Shown: in pieces, positions 23,625 to 33,308 of the stretch
Position numbering within the stretch: position 1 is the stretch's first letter
How the letters are laid out: every line of letters begins with the position of its first letter
Origin: Nanobdellota archaeon
GTDB lineage: Archaea; Nanobdellota; Nanobdellia; Pacearchaeales; GW2011-AR1
Direction of reading: 5' to 3'
Length of the DNA stretch: 63,005 nt
Assembly: GCA_022563455.1 (NCBI GenBank)
Contig: JADFNI010000001.1
Span: forward strand, 1 to 63,005
Program-made: the position numbers and the translations under genes
Notes under the pieces: model-generated
Told to the model about the DNA's origin: nothing
Seen by the model: only the letters and a program-made list of their open reading frames with translations
The model's database searches: none

Positions 23625-23722
23625 AATCCCATGAATAAAGTCATAAAGACTTTCTAAAGGGATTTTTCGGTGCATAAAATCCCATGAATAAAGTCATAAA
23701 GACTTTCTAAAGGGATTCTTTG
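23604..23722. repeat. 53-nt tandem repeat, ~2.2 copies, starting inside the last 7 codons of secY
   Basis: AAGGGATTTTTCGGTGCATAAAATCCCATGAATAAAGTCATAAAGACTTTCTA occurs exactly at 23604 and 23657. A diverged partial third copy starts at 23710. Each unit contains the hairpins GGGATTTT/AAAATCCC and AAAGTC/GACTTT. Confidence 0.85.
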
Positions 23723-23760
23723 GGGCGAAGTATTAAAAAGGATGTTTTGTTATTTGCTTA

Positions 23761-24156
23761 ATGGGAGTTGTTGAATTAATTAATTTATATCCGCTGTATT
23801 CTCTTGCTGGTATTTCAGTTATAGTTACTCTTATCTCTACTATTCTTCAAAAGAAGCTTACTGATCAGGAGCATTTAAAACATTTGAAGCAAAGGCAGAA
23901 AGAGATTCAAAAAGAACTTAAGAATTGTAAGGATGATTGTTTGATGAAAGAACTTAATTCTGAGCTCCTTAGCCTTACTGGACTTATGTTTAAGTCTTCG
24001 ATGAAACCAATTTTTGTTACGATTGTTCCATTTATTCTTTTATTTACCTGGCTTAGGGGAATTTATACACCTATTATTAGTGGGTGGATTTGGTGGTATT
24101 TAGGATTTAGTATGGGATCTAGCATTGCTCTTAGAAAAATTTTTAATGTGGCTTAG
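23761..24156 (+). CDS. DUF106/EMC3-like membrane protein (archaeal YidC/Oxa1-like insertase)
   Basis: The topology is TM, a charged coiled segment (KKLTDQEHLKHLKQRQKEIQKELK), MFKSSMKP, then 2 TM. The location downstream of secY matches Methanocaldococcus MJ0480-type genes. Confidence 0.65.
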   Translation: MGVVELINLYPLYSLAGISVIVTLISTILQKKLTDQEHLKHLKQRQKEIQKELKNCKDDCLMKELNSELLSLTGLMFKSSMKPIFVTIVPFILLFTWLRGIYTPIISGWIWWYLGFSMGSSIALRKIFNVA

Positions 24157-24209
24157 AAGACTCCCCAAGATTTAAAAATATGTATTTGTATAGTTGCTGA
24201 GGAGATAAA

Positions 24210-25064
24210 ATGATTGAACTATTTATAAAGGCAAAAAGGGCTGAGAGACATCCTTGGGAACTGTTTTTTATTGGTGCTTTTTGGGCCTCGGTTGCTCTTC
24301 TTCTTGTAACTTTTTTCTTTGGAAATGATTCTATTTTGAAAGAGGGTAGCGGACTTTTAGTTGTAATATTCACTGTGATTTCTTGCCTCCCTTTTATGTA
24401 TTATATTATAAAACTTGAAGAAGGAAAGGACGTCGAGATTGATGACTCTGGGAGGCTCATTAAAGAACACTCTAAGGCAATTCATGCTTTGATATGGATG
24501 TTTTTAGGATTCGTAGTCGCATTTTCTTTTTGGTATATGGTTTTACCTGAACAAGCTGCACAAAATTTCAATTTTCAAATAAAAACTTTTTGTGCAATTA
24601 ACAGTCCATCAAATTACAACTATTGTTTGGATCAGCATGGAATTCCAATAACGACTGGGGCAGTTACTGGAACCAATGCAGTGTTCGCAATTTTTGCAAA
24701 TAATATATCTGTCCTTATTTTTACTATTGTATTTTCTTTGGTTTTTGGCGCGGGTGCTATTTTCATTTTAGTTTGGAATGCGTCAGTTATTGCTGCAGCT
24801 ATTGGAATTTTTGCTAAAGGAGAACTTGTGGATCTTCCACTTGGGCTCCTTAGATATATGTTTCACGGGATACCGGAGATTGGGGCCTATTTTATAGGAG
24901 CTCTTGCTGGAGGAATAATATCTGTAGCAGTTATTAGAAAGGATCTTCGAGGAGAAGGAGCTTGGAAGATACTGCAAGATTCACTCACATTAATGATCAT
25001 CGCTATTGTTGTTTTGATGGTCGCAGCTTTGATGGAAGTTTATCTTACTCCCTTGATGTTTTAG
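24210..25064 (+). CDS. SpoIIM/DUF95-family integral membrane protein
   Basis: The IFANNISVLIF..., VWNASVIAAAIG and HGIPEIGAYFIGALAG motifs are typical of DUF95. Confidence 0.65.
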   Translation: MIELFIKAKRAERHPWELFFIGAFWASVALLLVTFFFGNDSILKEGSGLLVVIFTVISCLPFMYYIIKLEEGKDVEIDDSGRLIKEHSKAIHALIWMFLGFVVAFSFWYMVLPEQAAQNFNFQIKTFCAINSPSNYNYCLDQHGIPITTGAVTGTNAVFAIFANNISVLIFTIVFSLVFGAGAIFILVWNASVIAAAIGIFAKGELVDLPLGLLRYMFHGIPEIGAYFIGALAGGIISVAVIRKDLRGEGAWKILQDSLTLMIIAIVVLMVAALMEVYLTPLMF

Positions 25065-25158
25065 TTAGTTTCCTGATTCGATCAAAGATCTCATGTAAAA
25101 AAAATCTTGAGATTTTTTCTGATGGAAGTTTATCTTACTCCTTTGATGTTTTAGTTAG
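25030..25158. repeat. 39-nt direct repeat of the DUF95 gene 3' end (25030-25068 and 25120-25158, 1 mismatch) flanking a 51-nt insert
   Basis: TGATGGAAGTTTATCTTACTCC(C/T)TTGATGTTTTAGTTAG occurs twice with a 90-nt period. The insert carries an AAAAAATC-TTGA-GATTTTTT hairpin followed by CTGATGG. Confidence 0.85.
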
Positions 25159-25188
25159 ATTTTTAAGTGAGAAAAATTAGAATAGATT

Positions 25189-26181
25189 ATGCACTATTTA
25201 TTGTTGATCTCTGTAGTTGTTAGTTTTGTTTTGGCAGCAGGAACTCTTCCATATTGGATTCGTAAATGCCAAAGTATTGGCCTTCTTTGGGAAGATATGA
25301 ATAAGAAAGGACATCCTAAAAATGTTGCGGCTAGTGGAGGAATTGTGGTTGTCATGGCGTTTATCCTTGGTGTTTTTACATATGTTGCTCTTAAAACTTT
25401 TCTTTTTGGAGGAACTGTTCGTGCTCTTGAAATATTTTCTCTTTTAAGTATGGTTTTAATTATTGGGTTAATTGGTCTTGTAGATGATTTACTTGGGTGG
25501 AGAAATGGCGGACTTTCAAATAGATTTAGGCTTCTTTTAGCACTCATTGCTTCAATTCCTTTAGTTGTTATTAATGCGGGGGTCCATACAATTGCGCTTC
25601 CTTTTTTTGGAGCTATTAATTTTGGAATACTTTATCCTCTTTTTTTAATTCCGATTGGTGTTGCTGGAGCAGCTACAACTTATAATTTTTTAGCAGGATA
25701 TAATGGTCTTGAAGCTGGACAAGGAATTTTAATTTTATCTTTTTTATCTTTTGTCGCATATTCTACTGGTTCACCTTGGCTTGCAATAATTAGTTTATGT
25801 ATGGTTGCTTCTCTTCTTGCATTTTATATATACAATAAATATCCTGCAAAAGTTTTTCCAGGAGACTCCCTAACTTATTCAATTGGAGCTTTAATTGCGG
25901 GTATGGCAATCCTTGGAAATTTTGAAAGAATCGCAATTGTTGTATTTATTCCTTATATTCTAGAAGTTATTTTAAAAGTCAGAGGCAAATTGAAAAAACA
26001 TTCTTTCGCAAAAATAGACTCTAAGGGAAATTTGAAGATGCCTTATCCAAAAGTATATGGACTTGAACATTTAGCTATTGGTGTTTTAAATAAGTTTGGA
26101 AAAGCTACCGAAAAGGGAGTTGTTTACCTTATTTATTTAATTCAGATAGTTTTCATATTGGTTGGATTTTCTATGTTGTAA
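25189..26181 (+). CDS. aglH: UDP-GlcNAc:dolichyl-phosphate GlcNAc-1-phosphate transferase (GT4/MraY-WecA superfamily, AglH-like)
   Basis: A polytopic protein with VDDLLGWRNG and NFLAGYNGLEAGQG motifs. It is adjacent to AglB. Confidence 0.75.
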   Translation: MHYLLLISVVVSFVLAAGTLPYWIRKCQSIGLLWEDMNKKGHPKNVAASGGIVVVMAFILGVFTYVALKTFLFGGTVRALEIFSLLSMVLIIGLIGLVDDLLGWRNGGLSNRFRLLLALIASIPLVVINAGVHTIALPFFGAINFGILYPLFLIPIGVAGAATTYNFLAGYNGLEAGQGILILSFLSFVAYSTGSPWLAIISLCMVASLLAFYIYNKYPAKVFPGDSLTYSIGALIAGMAILGNFERIAIVVFIPYILEVILKVRGKLKKHSFAKIDSKGNLKMPYPKVYGLEHLAIGVLNKFGKATEKGVVYLIYLIQIVFILVGFSML

Positions 26182-26269
26182 GATTAATTATTAATTGTGG
26201 TGTGGATGTTTTGAATGAAGTTTGGAAACAAGGCCAAGTTTTTTAAATAGACTCAAATTATAGATTCTA

Positions 26270-28954
26270 ATGGGAGAAGATAGCATAGATATTGATTATG
26301 GAGAGATTAAGAAGCAAACTTTAAAGATTGTCAAAGATAGAAGATTTCAATGGGCCGCCACGATTGTGATTCTTTTTGCAGTATTGTTTATTAGTTCTTC
26401 AATTAGACTTTCTAATTTAGACTTACTAAAAGATCCAACGACTGGAGAAAATATTCCTCTTGCCTTGGATCCTTATTATTTTTTAAGGGTTAGTGAAACT
26501 TATGTAGATAATGATGGTGTTTTGCCGAAGATTGATCCATTAAGAAGCCCATCTATGAATATTCCTTGGCATCCAGAGATCCTTCCGAAGGTAGTGTATT
26601 TTATGTACAAAGGTGTCAGTATGTTTAATCCAGATATTACAATTCAATATATTGTGGTTATATCTCCTGTGATATTTTTTGTTATGGGTTTGTTGATGTT
26701 CTTTTTAATGTCGTATGTGCTATCTAAGAGAAAGAGTGTTGCATTAATTGCAACAACAATACTTGCATTTACTCCTGCGTATCTATACCGAACTATGGCC
26801 GGTTTTTCGGACCATGAAGCTATTGGTATGGTTGCTGTTTTCTCGTTTTTTTTGGTTTATGCCATTTCATTAAAATACTTTGAAAAAAACTGGAGATATG
26901 TAGTTGGTTGTGGATTACTTTCTGGATTTATGATTGCCCTCGTTTTAGCTACTTGGGGAGGTGCTGTTACTTTTATTATTACTACATTACCTTTATCTTT
27001 TTTAATGTATTGGGCAATTATAAGGAAAGATGATTTGAAAGCTATTTCATTTTATGGGTTATTAATTTTATCTTCAGTTTTTTCACCCCTAATCTTTGGA
27101 TTTACATGGACAAATATGTTGAATAGGTTTAGTGGATCATATGGTTTGCTTCTTCCATTTGTACTAGGTTATATTTTAATTGATTTTGGATTGTCAAGAT
27201 TAATTAAACTTGGTAAATATAAAGATGCAAAATTAAAGGAGCGTAAAGCATTTTATGGAGTTGGAATTACTGGAATTTTGGGTATTGTTGGCTTGAAAGT
27301 CCTTGGAATGAGTGTTCTTGGAGTCCTTAGAGATATATGGGTAAAGTTGATTAATCCTTTTGGAAATCTTGGTGGTGGGCGGCTTGGATCTACTGTTGCT
27401 GAAAATTCACAACCCTACCTTATTGATTGGATGAATCAAACTGGAAAGATTGTCTTTTGGTTATTTATTATTGGAGTTATATTTATTGGAGTGGATTTTA
27501 TTAGAAAAATAGAAAATAAAAGGCATAAATTACTTTTTATTTCTTCATGGGTTATTGTTGTTTCTGGCATCCTATTTAGTAGAGTCTCATCGGTTTCATT
27601 GTTTAATGGAACAAGTTTTATTAGTCAAACGTTTTATTTCTTGAGTCTTATATTTTTTGGAGCTTCGTTCTTGGTTATTTTGAATAAAGGCAAGTTTAAA
27701 GTTGATTCTAGAATTGTTATTATTCTTTCCATTTTGTTCTTTACATTGATAAATGGGAGAAGTGCTGTTAGAGTTTTCTTCTTAATTGCTCCATTTGTTT
27801 CCTTTGCTGCAGCATATTCTATTGGAAAGTTTTATTATTATGCTAAAGATTCTAGGGAGAATACTTATAGGATGATCTTTAAGATGTTGCTTGTAATTTC
27901 TGTAGTTCTTTTAGGGTATTCTGTGTATACTTCTTACGAGACTATTAAAAATCAAGCTCCAAATACCGGTCCAATTAATCCCCAGTGGATCACTGCAATG
28001 GAATGGGTTAGAGAAAATACTCCTGAAGGAGATATTTTTGTTCATTGGTGGGATTATGGATATTGGATTCAGACACTCGGAGAAAGACCGACAGTTACTG
28101 ATGGAGGGCATTCTGGGCAAGATCAAGCAGACCACTATATTGGAAGATATGTGTTGACTACTCCAAATCCTGCGAGTGCGCTAAGCTTTATGAAAACTTG
28201 GAATGTATCATATTTATTAATTGATCCGACAGACCTTGGTAAATATACGGCCTATAGTCAAATTGGGGGTGGAAGTGAGGATCCTCGAGATAGATTTGCA
28301 GCTATACCTGTTATGGTTTTAGATCCTAAACAAACAAGAGAAACATCTAATGGGACTTCGATGGTTTATAATGCTGGAAGTGTTTTATTTGAGGATATTA
28401 TTTATAGGGATAACGGAACTGAAATATTTCTTCCATCTGGAAAATCTTTTCTTGCAGGGGTGGTTGTTAATACTGGAATAAAAGATGGAAATCTTTTTTT
28501 AACTCAGCCAATTGGAGTTTATGTACTTAATAATCAACAGGTAAGAATACCAATTAGATATATTTATGCCGAAGGAAAGTTAGTTGATTATGGAAGTGGA
28601 ATAGACGCAGTTATTGATATTATTCCCTCATTAGAGGGTCAAGGGATTAATCCTTTAGGATCTGCAATCTATTTGTCTTCGAAAGTTTCTAAAGGGTTAT
28701 TTGCACAGTTGTACCTTTTAGATGATGCGTTTGGAAATTATCCTACTGTGAAGATAGCCCATGAGGAGTCAAACAGTGTTATAAAATCTATAAGATCTTC
28801 TGGATACTCTGGTGGGGAATTTATTTATTATCAGGGACTTCGAGGGCCAATTAAGATTTGGGAGGTGGATTATCCATCCGAAACAGAAATTATCGAAGAG
28901 TTTAAAGAAGTATTGGATGGTGTTTATGCTAGGTTTGACGAGAGGTTTTATTAA
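26270..28954 (+). CDS. aglB: Oligosaccharyltransferase AglB (STT3 family)
   Basis: An N-terminal multi-TM domain followed by the catalytic WWDYGYW (WWDYG) motif. 894 aa. Confidence 0.92.
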   Translation: MGEDSIDIDYGEIKKQTLKIVKDRRFQWAATIVILFAVLFISSSIRLSNLDLLKDPTTGENIPLALDPYYFLRVSETYVDNDGVLPKIDPLRSPSMNIPWHPEILPKVVYFMYKGVSMFNPDITIQYIVVISPVIFFVMGLLMFFLMSYVLSKRKSVALIATTILAFTPAYLYRTMAGFSDHEAIGMVAVFSFFLVYAISLKYFEKNWRYVVGCGLLSGFMIALVLATWGGAVTFIITTLPLSFLMYWAIIRKDDLKAISFYGLLILSSVFSPLIFGFTWTNMLNRFSGSYGLLLPFVLGYILIDFGLSRLIKLGKYKDAKLKERKAFYGVGITGILGIVGLKVLGMSVLGVLRDIWVKLINPFGNLGGGRLGSTVAENSQPYLIDWMNQTGKIVFWLFIIGVIFIGVDFIRKIENKRHKLLFISSWVIVVSGILFSRVSSVSLFNGTSFISQTFYFLSLIFFGASFLVILNKGKFKVDSRIVIILSILFFTLINGRSAVRVFFLIAPFVSFAAAYSIGKFYYYAKDSRENTYRMIFKMLLVISVVLLGYSVYTSYETIKNQAPNTGPINPQWITAMEWVRENTPEGDIFVHWWDYGYWIQTLGERPTVTDGGHSGQDQADHYIGRYVLTTPNPASALSFMKTWNVSYLLIDPTDLGKYTAYSQIGGGSEDPRDRFAAIPVMVLDPKQTRETSNGTSMVYNAGSVLFEDIIYRDNGTEIFLPSGKSFLAGVVVNTGIKDGNLFLTQPIGVYVLNNQQVRIPIRYIYAEGKLVDYGSGIDAVIDIIPSLEGQGINPLGSAIYLSSKVSKGLFAQLYLLDDAFGNYPTVKIAHEESNSVIKSIRSSGYSGGEFIYYQGLRGPIKIWEVDYPSETEIIEEFKEVLDGVYARFDERFY

Positions 28955-28956
28955 AA

Positions 28957-29481
28957 ATGAAGAAATTGCATTTAGGCTGTGGACTTGATAAAAGAAAGGG
29001 TTATATTAATTGTGATTTATCATCAAAAGTAAACCCTGATAAAATAGTCGACTTGGAAAAAAAACTCCCATTTAAGAATAACAGTATCGATGAAATCTTG
29101 GCAAACCATGTGCTTGAACATGTAGTTAATTTCATACCCTTGATGCATGAGATACGAAGGATCTGTAAAAAAGGAGCTTTGATCAAAATAAAAGTTCCTT
29201 TTTATTCTGCTTGGGGACAGTTTAATGACCCTACCCATGTGAGGTTTTTTTCTCCAAAGACGTTTGATTATTTTAAGAAAGGAACATATTCTCATGAGGT
29301 GGGTTTAGAAGAAGATATGTTTGATATAAAACATGTTAAGATTAATTTTGCTATTGGAAGGGCTAAAAAGCTTAATTGGATCATGAATCCGATTATTAAT
29401 TTTCATAAGGATTTTTATTGTAGATTTTTTGCATGGACTGTACCCTCTAGCGAGATAGAATATATATTGAAGGTTAAATAA
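28957..29481 (+). CDS. Class I SAM-dependent methyltransferase (174 aa)
   Basis: MKKLHLGCGLDKRKGYINCD (motif I LGCG) and ANHVLEHV. It is a paralog of the gene at 53349-53846. Confidence 0.75.
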   Translation: MKKLHLGCGLDKRKGYINCDLSSKVNPDKIVDLEKKLPFKNNSIDEILANHVLEHVVNFIPLMHEIRRICKKGALIKIKVPFYSAWGQFNDPTHVRFFSPKTFDYFKKGTYSHEVGLEEDMFDIKHVKINFAIGRAKKLNWIMNPIINFHKDFYCRFFAWTVPSSEIEYILKVK

Positions 29482-29531
29482 AGATAGCTTAATGCAGAGA
29501 TATTTATAAATGAGATTGTGGAATTAATGAG

Positions 29532-30125
29532 ATGAGTATAAAACTAAATCTTGGTTGTGGATGGAGAGATTTTGGAAGTGATTGGGTCCATATAGATGGT
29601 GGCAATTATCCACATGTTAAGTCTCATGATATCACTAAACTTGATTATGAAGATAGAAGTGTTGATTTAATTTATGCTTCTCATGTTTTTGAATATTTTG
29701 ATAGGGAAGAAGGATTAAATGTTTTAAGGGAGTGGTTTAGAGTATTAAAGAGTGGAGGAATATTAAGAATAGCTGTTCCTGATTTTGAGATGATGGGAAG
29801 GCTTTATACTGAAGGGAAATTTCCTTTGAAGAATTTTTTGGGACCAATGTATGGAAAAATGGAAAGGGGGATGAAGGGTGGAGAAACTGGAAAGATAATA
29901 TATCATAAGACAGTCTATGATTTTGATGATTTAAAAGAATCTTTGGAGAATGTAGGATTTGAAAAGATAGAAAAATATGACTGGAAAACTACGCCCCCTC
30001 ATGATAAGATTGATGACCACTCTCAAGCATATCTACCTAGTGAAAATTTTGTCCCAACAGAAGAGAAACGTTTTGATAAGGAGGGTGGCTATCTTGTAAG
30101 TTTAAATGTTGAAGCGACAAAATAA
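29532..30125 (+). CDS. Class I SAM-dependent methyltransferase (197 aa)
   Basis: LNLGCGWRDFG, IYASHVFEYF and GGILRIAVPD motifs. Confidence 0.75.
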   Translation: MSIKLNLGCGWRDFGSDWVHIDGGNYPHVKSHDITKLDYEDRSVDLIYASHVFEYFDREEGLNVLREWFRVLKSGGILRIAVPDFEMMGRLYTEGKFPLKNFLGPMYGKMERGMKGGETGKIIYHKTVYDFDDLKESLENVGFEKIEKYDWKTTPPHDKIDDHSQAYLPSENFVPTEEKRFDKEGGYLVSLNVEATK

Positions 30126-30173
30126 TGTAAGGATTGAAAAAATAGATTTTGAAGAAAAAATTAATAAAAAAAT

Positions 30174-30371
30174 TTGAGAGAAAAGAACTTACCAAAGATA
30201 AGAAAAGAGAACGCTGATAAGAAAATAGTATTTTGTATAGAATGTTATGATATATTGCATTCAGGGCATGTTAGATTTTTTAATAATTGTAAATTCTATG
30301 GAGATATATTAGTTGTTGGATTTGGAGAAGGTTCAATAACTAGGAACACCACTAATCAAAATTCTTCATAA
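30174..30371 (+). pseudogene. Truncated cytidylyltransferase-family remnant (N-terminal ~50 aa only)
   Basis: KKIVFCIECYDILHSGHVRFFNNCKFYGDILVVGF aligns to the (G.FD.lH.GH)...GD.L.VG nucleotidyltransferase core, but the GxFD is degenerate. The ORF stops after 65 aa and starts at a TTG. Confidence 0.5.
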
Positions 30372-30432
30372 AGGCTATCTTATTCAACTCCCTTACAATA
30401 ATCTTTAAATAGAGACTTTTTCTGTGCAAATA

Positions 30433-31554
30433 ATGGAAAATTGGCATTGGAATGGAAAAGTTGCATTGATCACTGGAATTGGCGGTCAGGATGGAAGTTA
30501 TTTAGCTGAATTTTTACTTTCTAAGGGATATAAGGTCCGAGGGATTGTAAGAAGAGCTAGTTTTCCGAATACAAAAAGAATTGATCACTTAGATATTTAT
30601 GATGATAAATATGGAAAAACTGATGAATCTCCATTTTATCTTTTATATGCAGATTTGTCCGATGGTATAAGTTTAAAAAATATTTTAAATAAAATTAGAC
30701 CTGATGAGATATATAATCTTGGGGCACAAAGTCATGTTGGAATAAGTTTTCAGTGTCCAGAATCTACAATAAACTATAATACCTTAGGGCCTTTAAGAAT
30801 ATTAGAATCCATTAAAGATCTTAAATTAGATGCAAAATATTATCAAGCTTCTTCAAGTGAAATGTTTGGGAAAAGCCCCCCTCCACAAAATGAGGAGACA
30901 CGAATGATTCCCCAAAGCCCATATGGTGTATCCAAATTGGCTGCATTTCATTTAACAAGACTTTATCGTGAAGCCTATGGGTTGAAGACATATAATGGGA
31001 TATTATTTAATCATGAAAGTCCAAGAAGAGGACTCAACTTTGTGACTAAGAAAATAACTGCAAGTATTGCAAGCATCCTTGTTGGAACTAAGGATAAAAT
31101 AACTCTTGGAAATCTTGATGCAAAAAGAGACTGGGGTTTTGCAAAGGAATATGTTGAAGGTATGTGGCATATAATGCAACATGAAACTCCTGATGACTTT
31201 GTGATTGCAACAAAGGAGACACATACAGTGAGAGAATTTTTGGAGGAAGCCTTTAATTTATTTGATTTAAATTGGAAAGATTTTGTAAAGATAGATGATA
31301 AATTTAAGCGCCCTGCAGAAGTTCCAGCACTTTTAGGAGATGGAGAAAAAACTCTTCGACTTTTAAATTGGGAACCTAAAACAAAATTTAAAGCTCTTGT
31401 TAGAATGATGATAATTGAAGACTTAAAAGAGAAGTTAAATGAGAAAGGGCTTGTTAATATAAATGACAATAATTCTGATGAATATTATATTAATATTGGA
31501 AAAGAAATTGCAAGAAAGATTTGTGAAAAAAGAAATATCACTCAAAAATTTTAA
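30433..31554 (+). CDS. gmd: GDP-mannose 4,6-dehydratase
   Basis: KVALITGIGGQDGSYLAEFLLSKGYKVRGIVRRASFPNTKRIDHL...YQASSSEMFG...SPYGVSK is the classic Gmd pattern. The start is set at ATG 30433. Confidence 0.92.
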   Translation: MENWHWNGKVALITGIGGQDGSYLAEFLLSKGYKVRGIVRRASFPNTKRIDHLDIYDDKYGKTDESPFYLLYADLSDGISLKNILNKIRPDEIYNLGAQSHVGISFQCPESTINYNTLGPLRILESIKDLKLDAKYYQASSSEMFGKSPPPQNEETRMIPQSPYGVSKLAAFHLTRLYREAYGLKTYNGILFNHESPRRGLNFVTKKITASIASILVGTKDKITLGNLDAKRDWGFAKEYVEGMWHIMQHETPDDFVIATKETHTVREFLEEAFNLFDLNWKDFVKIDDKFKRPAEVPALLGDGEKTLRLLNWEPKTKFKALVRMMIIEDLKEKLNEKGLVNINDNNSDEYYINIGKEIARKICEKRNITQKF

Positions 31555-31606
31555 TTAATATATTCTAGATAATTAAATTTAAAAAGATTGATGGACAAAT
31601 AGAGCT

Positions 31607-32701
31607 ATGGCAAGAATAAACTGGAATGAACCTTTGTTTGGGGAGGAAGAAGTTGAAAGTGTTTCTGAGGTTATAAGGGCTGCTTATGTTAATGAAGGAC
31701 CAAAGACTAAAGAATTTGAAGAATTACTTAAGGAATATCTTGGGGTAAAATATATAATTTTTACAACGAATGCAACTGCTGCATTATACCTCTCTATAAA
31801 AGCTGAGGCAAAATTAAGAGATGCTAGCAAATTTGATGTAATAATTCCTGGAATGACGATGATTGCATCAGCAACATCTATAGGATGGGCAGGAGGACGA
31901 CCAAATCTTGTGGACATTGAAAGTGATAGATTAACAATTAATGCAGATAAAATAGAAGAGAAAATAACTCCAGATACAATTGCAATAATGCCTGTCCACA
32001 CTATTGGAAGAGCTTGCGATATGAATAAGATTATTAAAATTGCAAAAAAACATGGGCTTGCAGTTATTGAGGATGCTGCTGGAGCCCTTGGTTCTAAATT
32101 AAATGGAAAATATTTGGGAACTTTTGGAAAAGTTGGATGCTTTAGTCTTCAAGCAAATAAAATTATTAGTTCTGGACAAGGAGGTATAATTGCGACTAAT
32201 GATGAGAAGTTATATATAAAAATTAGGAGGCTAAGGGATTTTGGAAGATTTTCAAATAAGGAATTGTATCACGAGGAAGAGGGATATAATTTAAAGTTTA
32301 ATGATCTTTCAGCGGCCTTGGGACTTGAACAATTTAAAAAAATAGATAAGAGAAAAGAATTACTTTTATCTCAAAGAAAAAAATATTTGGAGGAATTAAA
32401 GAATCAAAAAGAGATAATCTTTCCAAGGTATACCTCTGAAGAAATTCCCCTTTGGATTGATGTTTATTCTAAAGGAAGAGATGAACTTATCAAATATTTG
32501 AATAGCTTTGAAATTTATCCAAGACCTTGTTGGCCAGCAATACATCAAAATCCTCCCTATAAGTATCTCGGAACTGATGAAGACCTTCCAAATTCAGTTA
32601 GAGCTGCAAAAGATATAATCTGGCTTCCAAATGGACCTGCAATAACTGATGAAAATATTGAATTTGTTTGCTCAAAAATAAAAGAATTTTATTTGAAATA
32701 A
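31607..32701 (+). CDS. DegT/DnrJ/EryC1-family PLP sugar aminotransferase (GDP-perosamine synthase-like)
   Basis: The catalytic-Lys motif FSLQANKIISSGQGG is present. The position directly after gmd suggests a GDP-4-keto-6-deoxymannose substrate (inference). Confidence 0.75.
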   Translation: MARINWNEPLFGEEEVESVSEVIRAAYVNEGPKTKEFEELLKEYLGVKYIIFTTNATAALYLSIKAEAKLRDASKFDVIIPGMTMIASATSIGWAGGRPNLVDIESDRLTINADKIEEKITPDTIAIMPVHTIGRACDMNKIIKIAKKHGLAVIEDAAGALGSKLNGKYLGTFGKVGCFSLQANKIISSGQGGIIATNDEKLYIKIRRLRDFGRFSNKELYHEEEGYNLKFNDLSAALGLEQFKKIDKRKELLLSQRKKYLEELKNQKEIIFPRYTSEEIPLWIDVYSKGRDELIKYLNSFEIYPRPCWPAIHQNPPYKYLGTDEDLPNSVRAAKDIIWLPNGPAITDENIEFVCSKIKEFYLK

Positions 32702-32751
32702 AATTAATTTGATATAATAATATTTATAAACAGATACCTTATCAATTTTAT

Positions 32752-33273
32752 ATGATATATAAGGAATATAGAATTGGAAATGATGGGATTGATTTGTGTT
32801 CCTTAAAAGCTTCTCGAATGGAACTAGAAGACTATAGAGTTGCTCATCAAAATCTTCCAATTCTATGTCATGATGTTTTTATAGAATTTGATGAGGGAAT
32901 AATCTTTGGAAAAAGGAATAATGAGCCTGCAAAAGGAATGTTTTGGCCAATAGGTGGGCGACTTGAAAGAGGTATTCCAATGGAAGAATCTTTAAGAAAT
33001 AATGCTAGAAAAGAATCTGGGTTGGAACTTGAGAACTTGGAGATTTTAGCACTCACAAGATATTACTATCCTACCGATCCCTTTGATCATGGAAAAGGTA
33101 CTGATACCCCTACACTTGTTTATTTTGCAAATGGGGTTGGAAGTATGAAGAGAGATAGTCAACATGAAACCCTCATTACAATTTCAAGAGAGGAATATCT
33201 TAGAGGAAATTATAAATTAGACCAGTTTAATACAGATATGATGGATGAAATAATTCGAAGAGGATTAATTTAA
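32752..33273 (+). CDS. Nudix-family hydrolase (possibly GDP-mannose mannosyl hydrolase-like)
   Basis: GGRLERGIPMEESLRNNARKESGL is a loose Nudix box (GG..E.G......a.RE..E.G). The context is next to gmd. Confidence 0.5.
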   Translation: MIYKEYRIGNDGIDLCSLKASRMELEDYRVAHQNLPILCHDVFIEFDEGIIFGKRNNEPAKGMFWPIGGRLERGIPMEESLRNNARKESGLELENLEILALTRYYYPTDPFDHGKGTDTPTLVYFANGVGSMKRDSQHETLITISREEYLRGNYKLDQFNTDMMDEIIRRGLI

Positions 33274-33308
33274 CAAAGATATTTAAAGTTTGATTTTTAG
33301 AATATAAT

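Noticed and set aside
23604-23722. Possible CRISPR array or mini-array.
   Set aside because: There are only 2.2 directly abutting copies of a 53-nt unit with no spacers. The first copy is part of the secY coding sequence, and no cas genes lie nearby.
24962-25180. 72-aa plus-strand ORF with the repeated peptide DGSLSYS.DVLV.
   Set aside because: It is an out-of-frame read-through of the DUF95 gene end and its 39-nt duplicate, so it is an artefact of the repeat.
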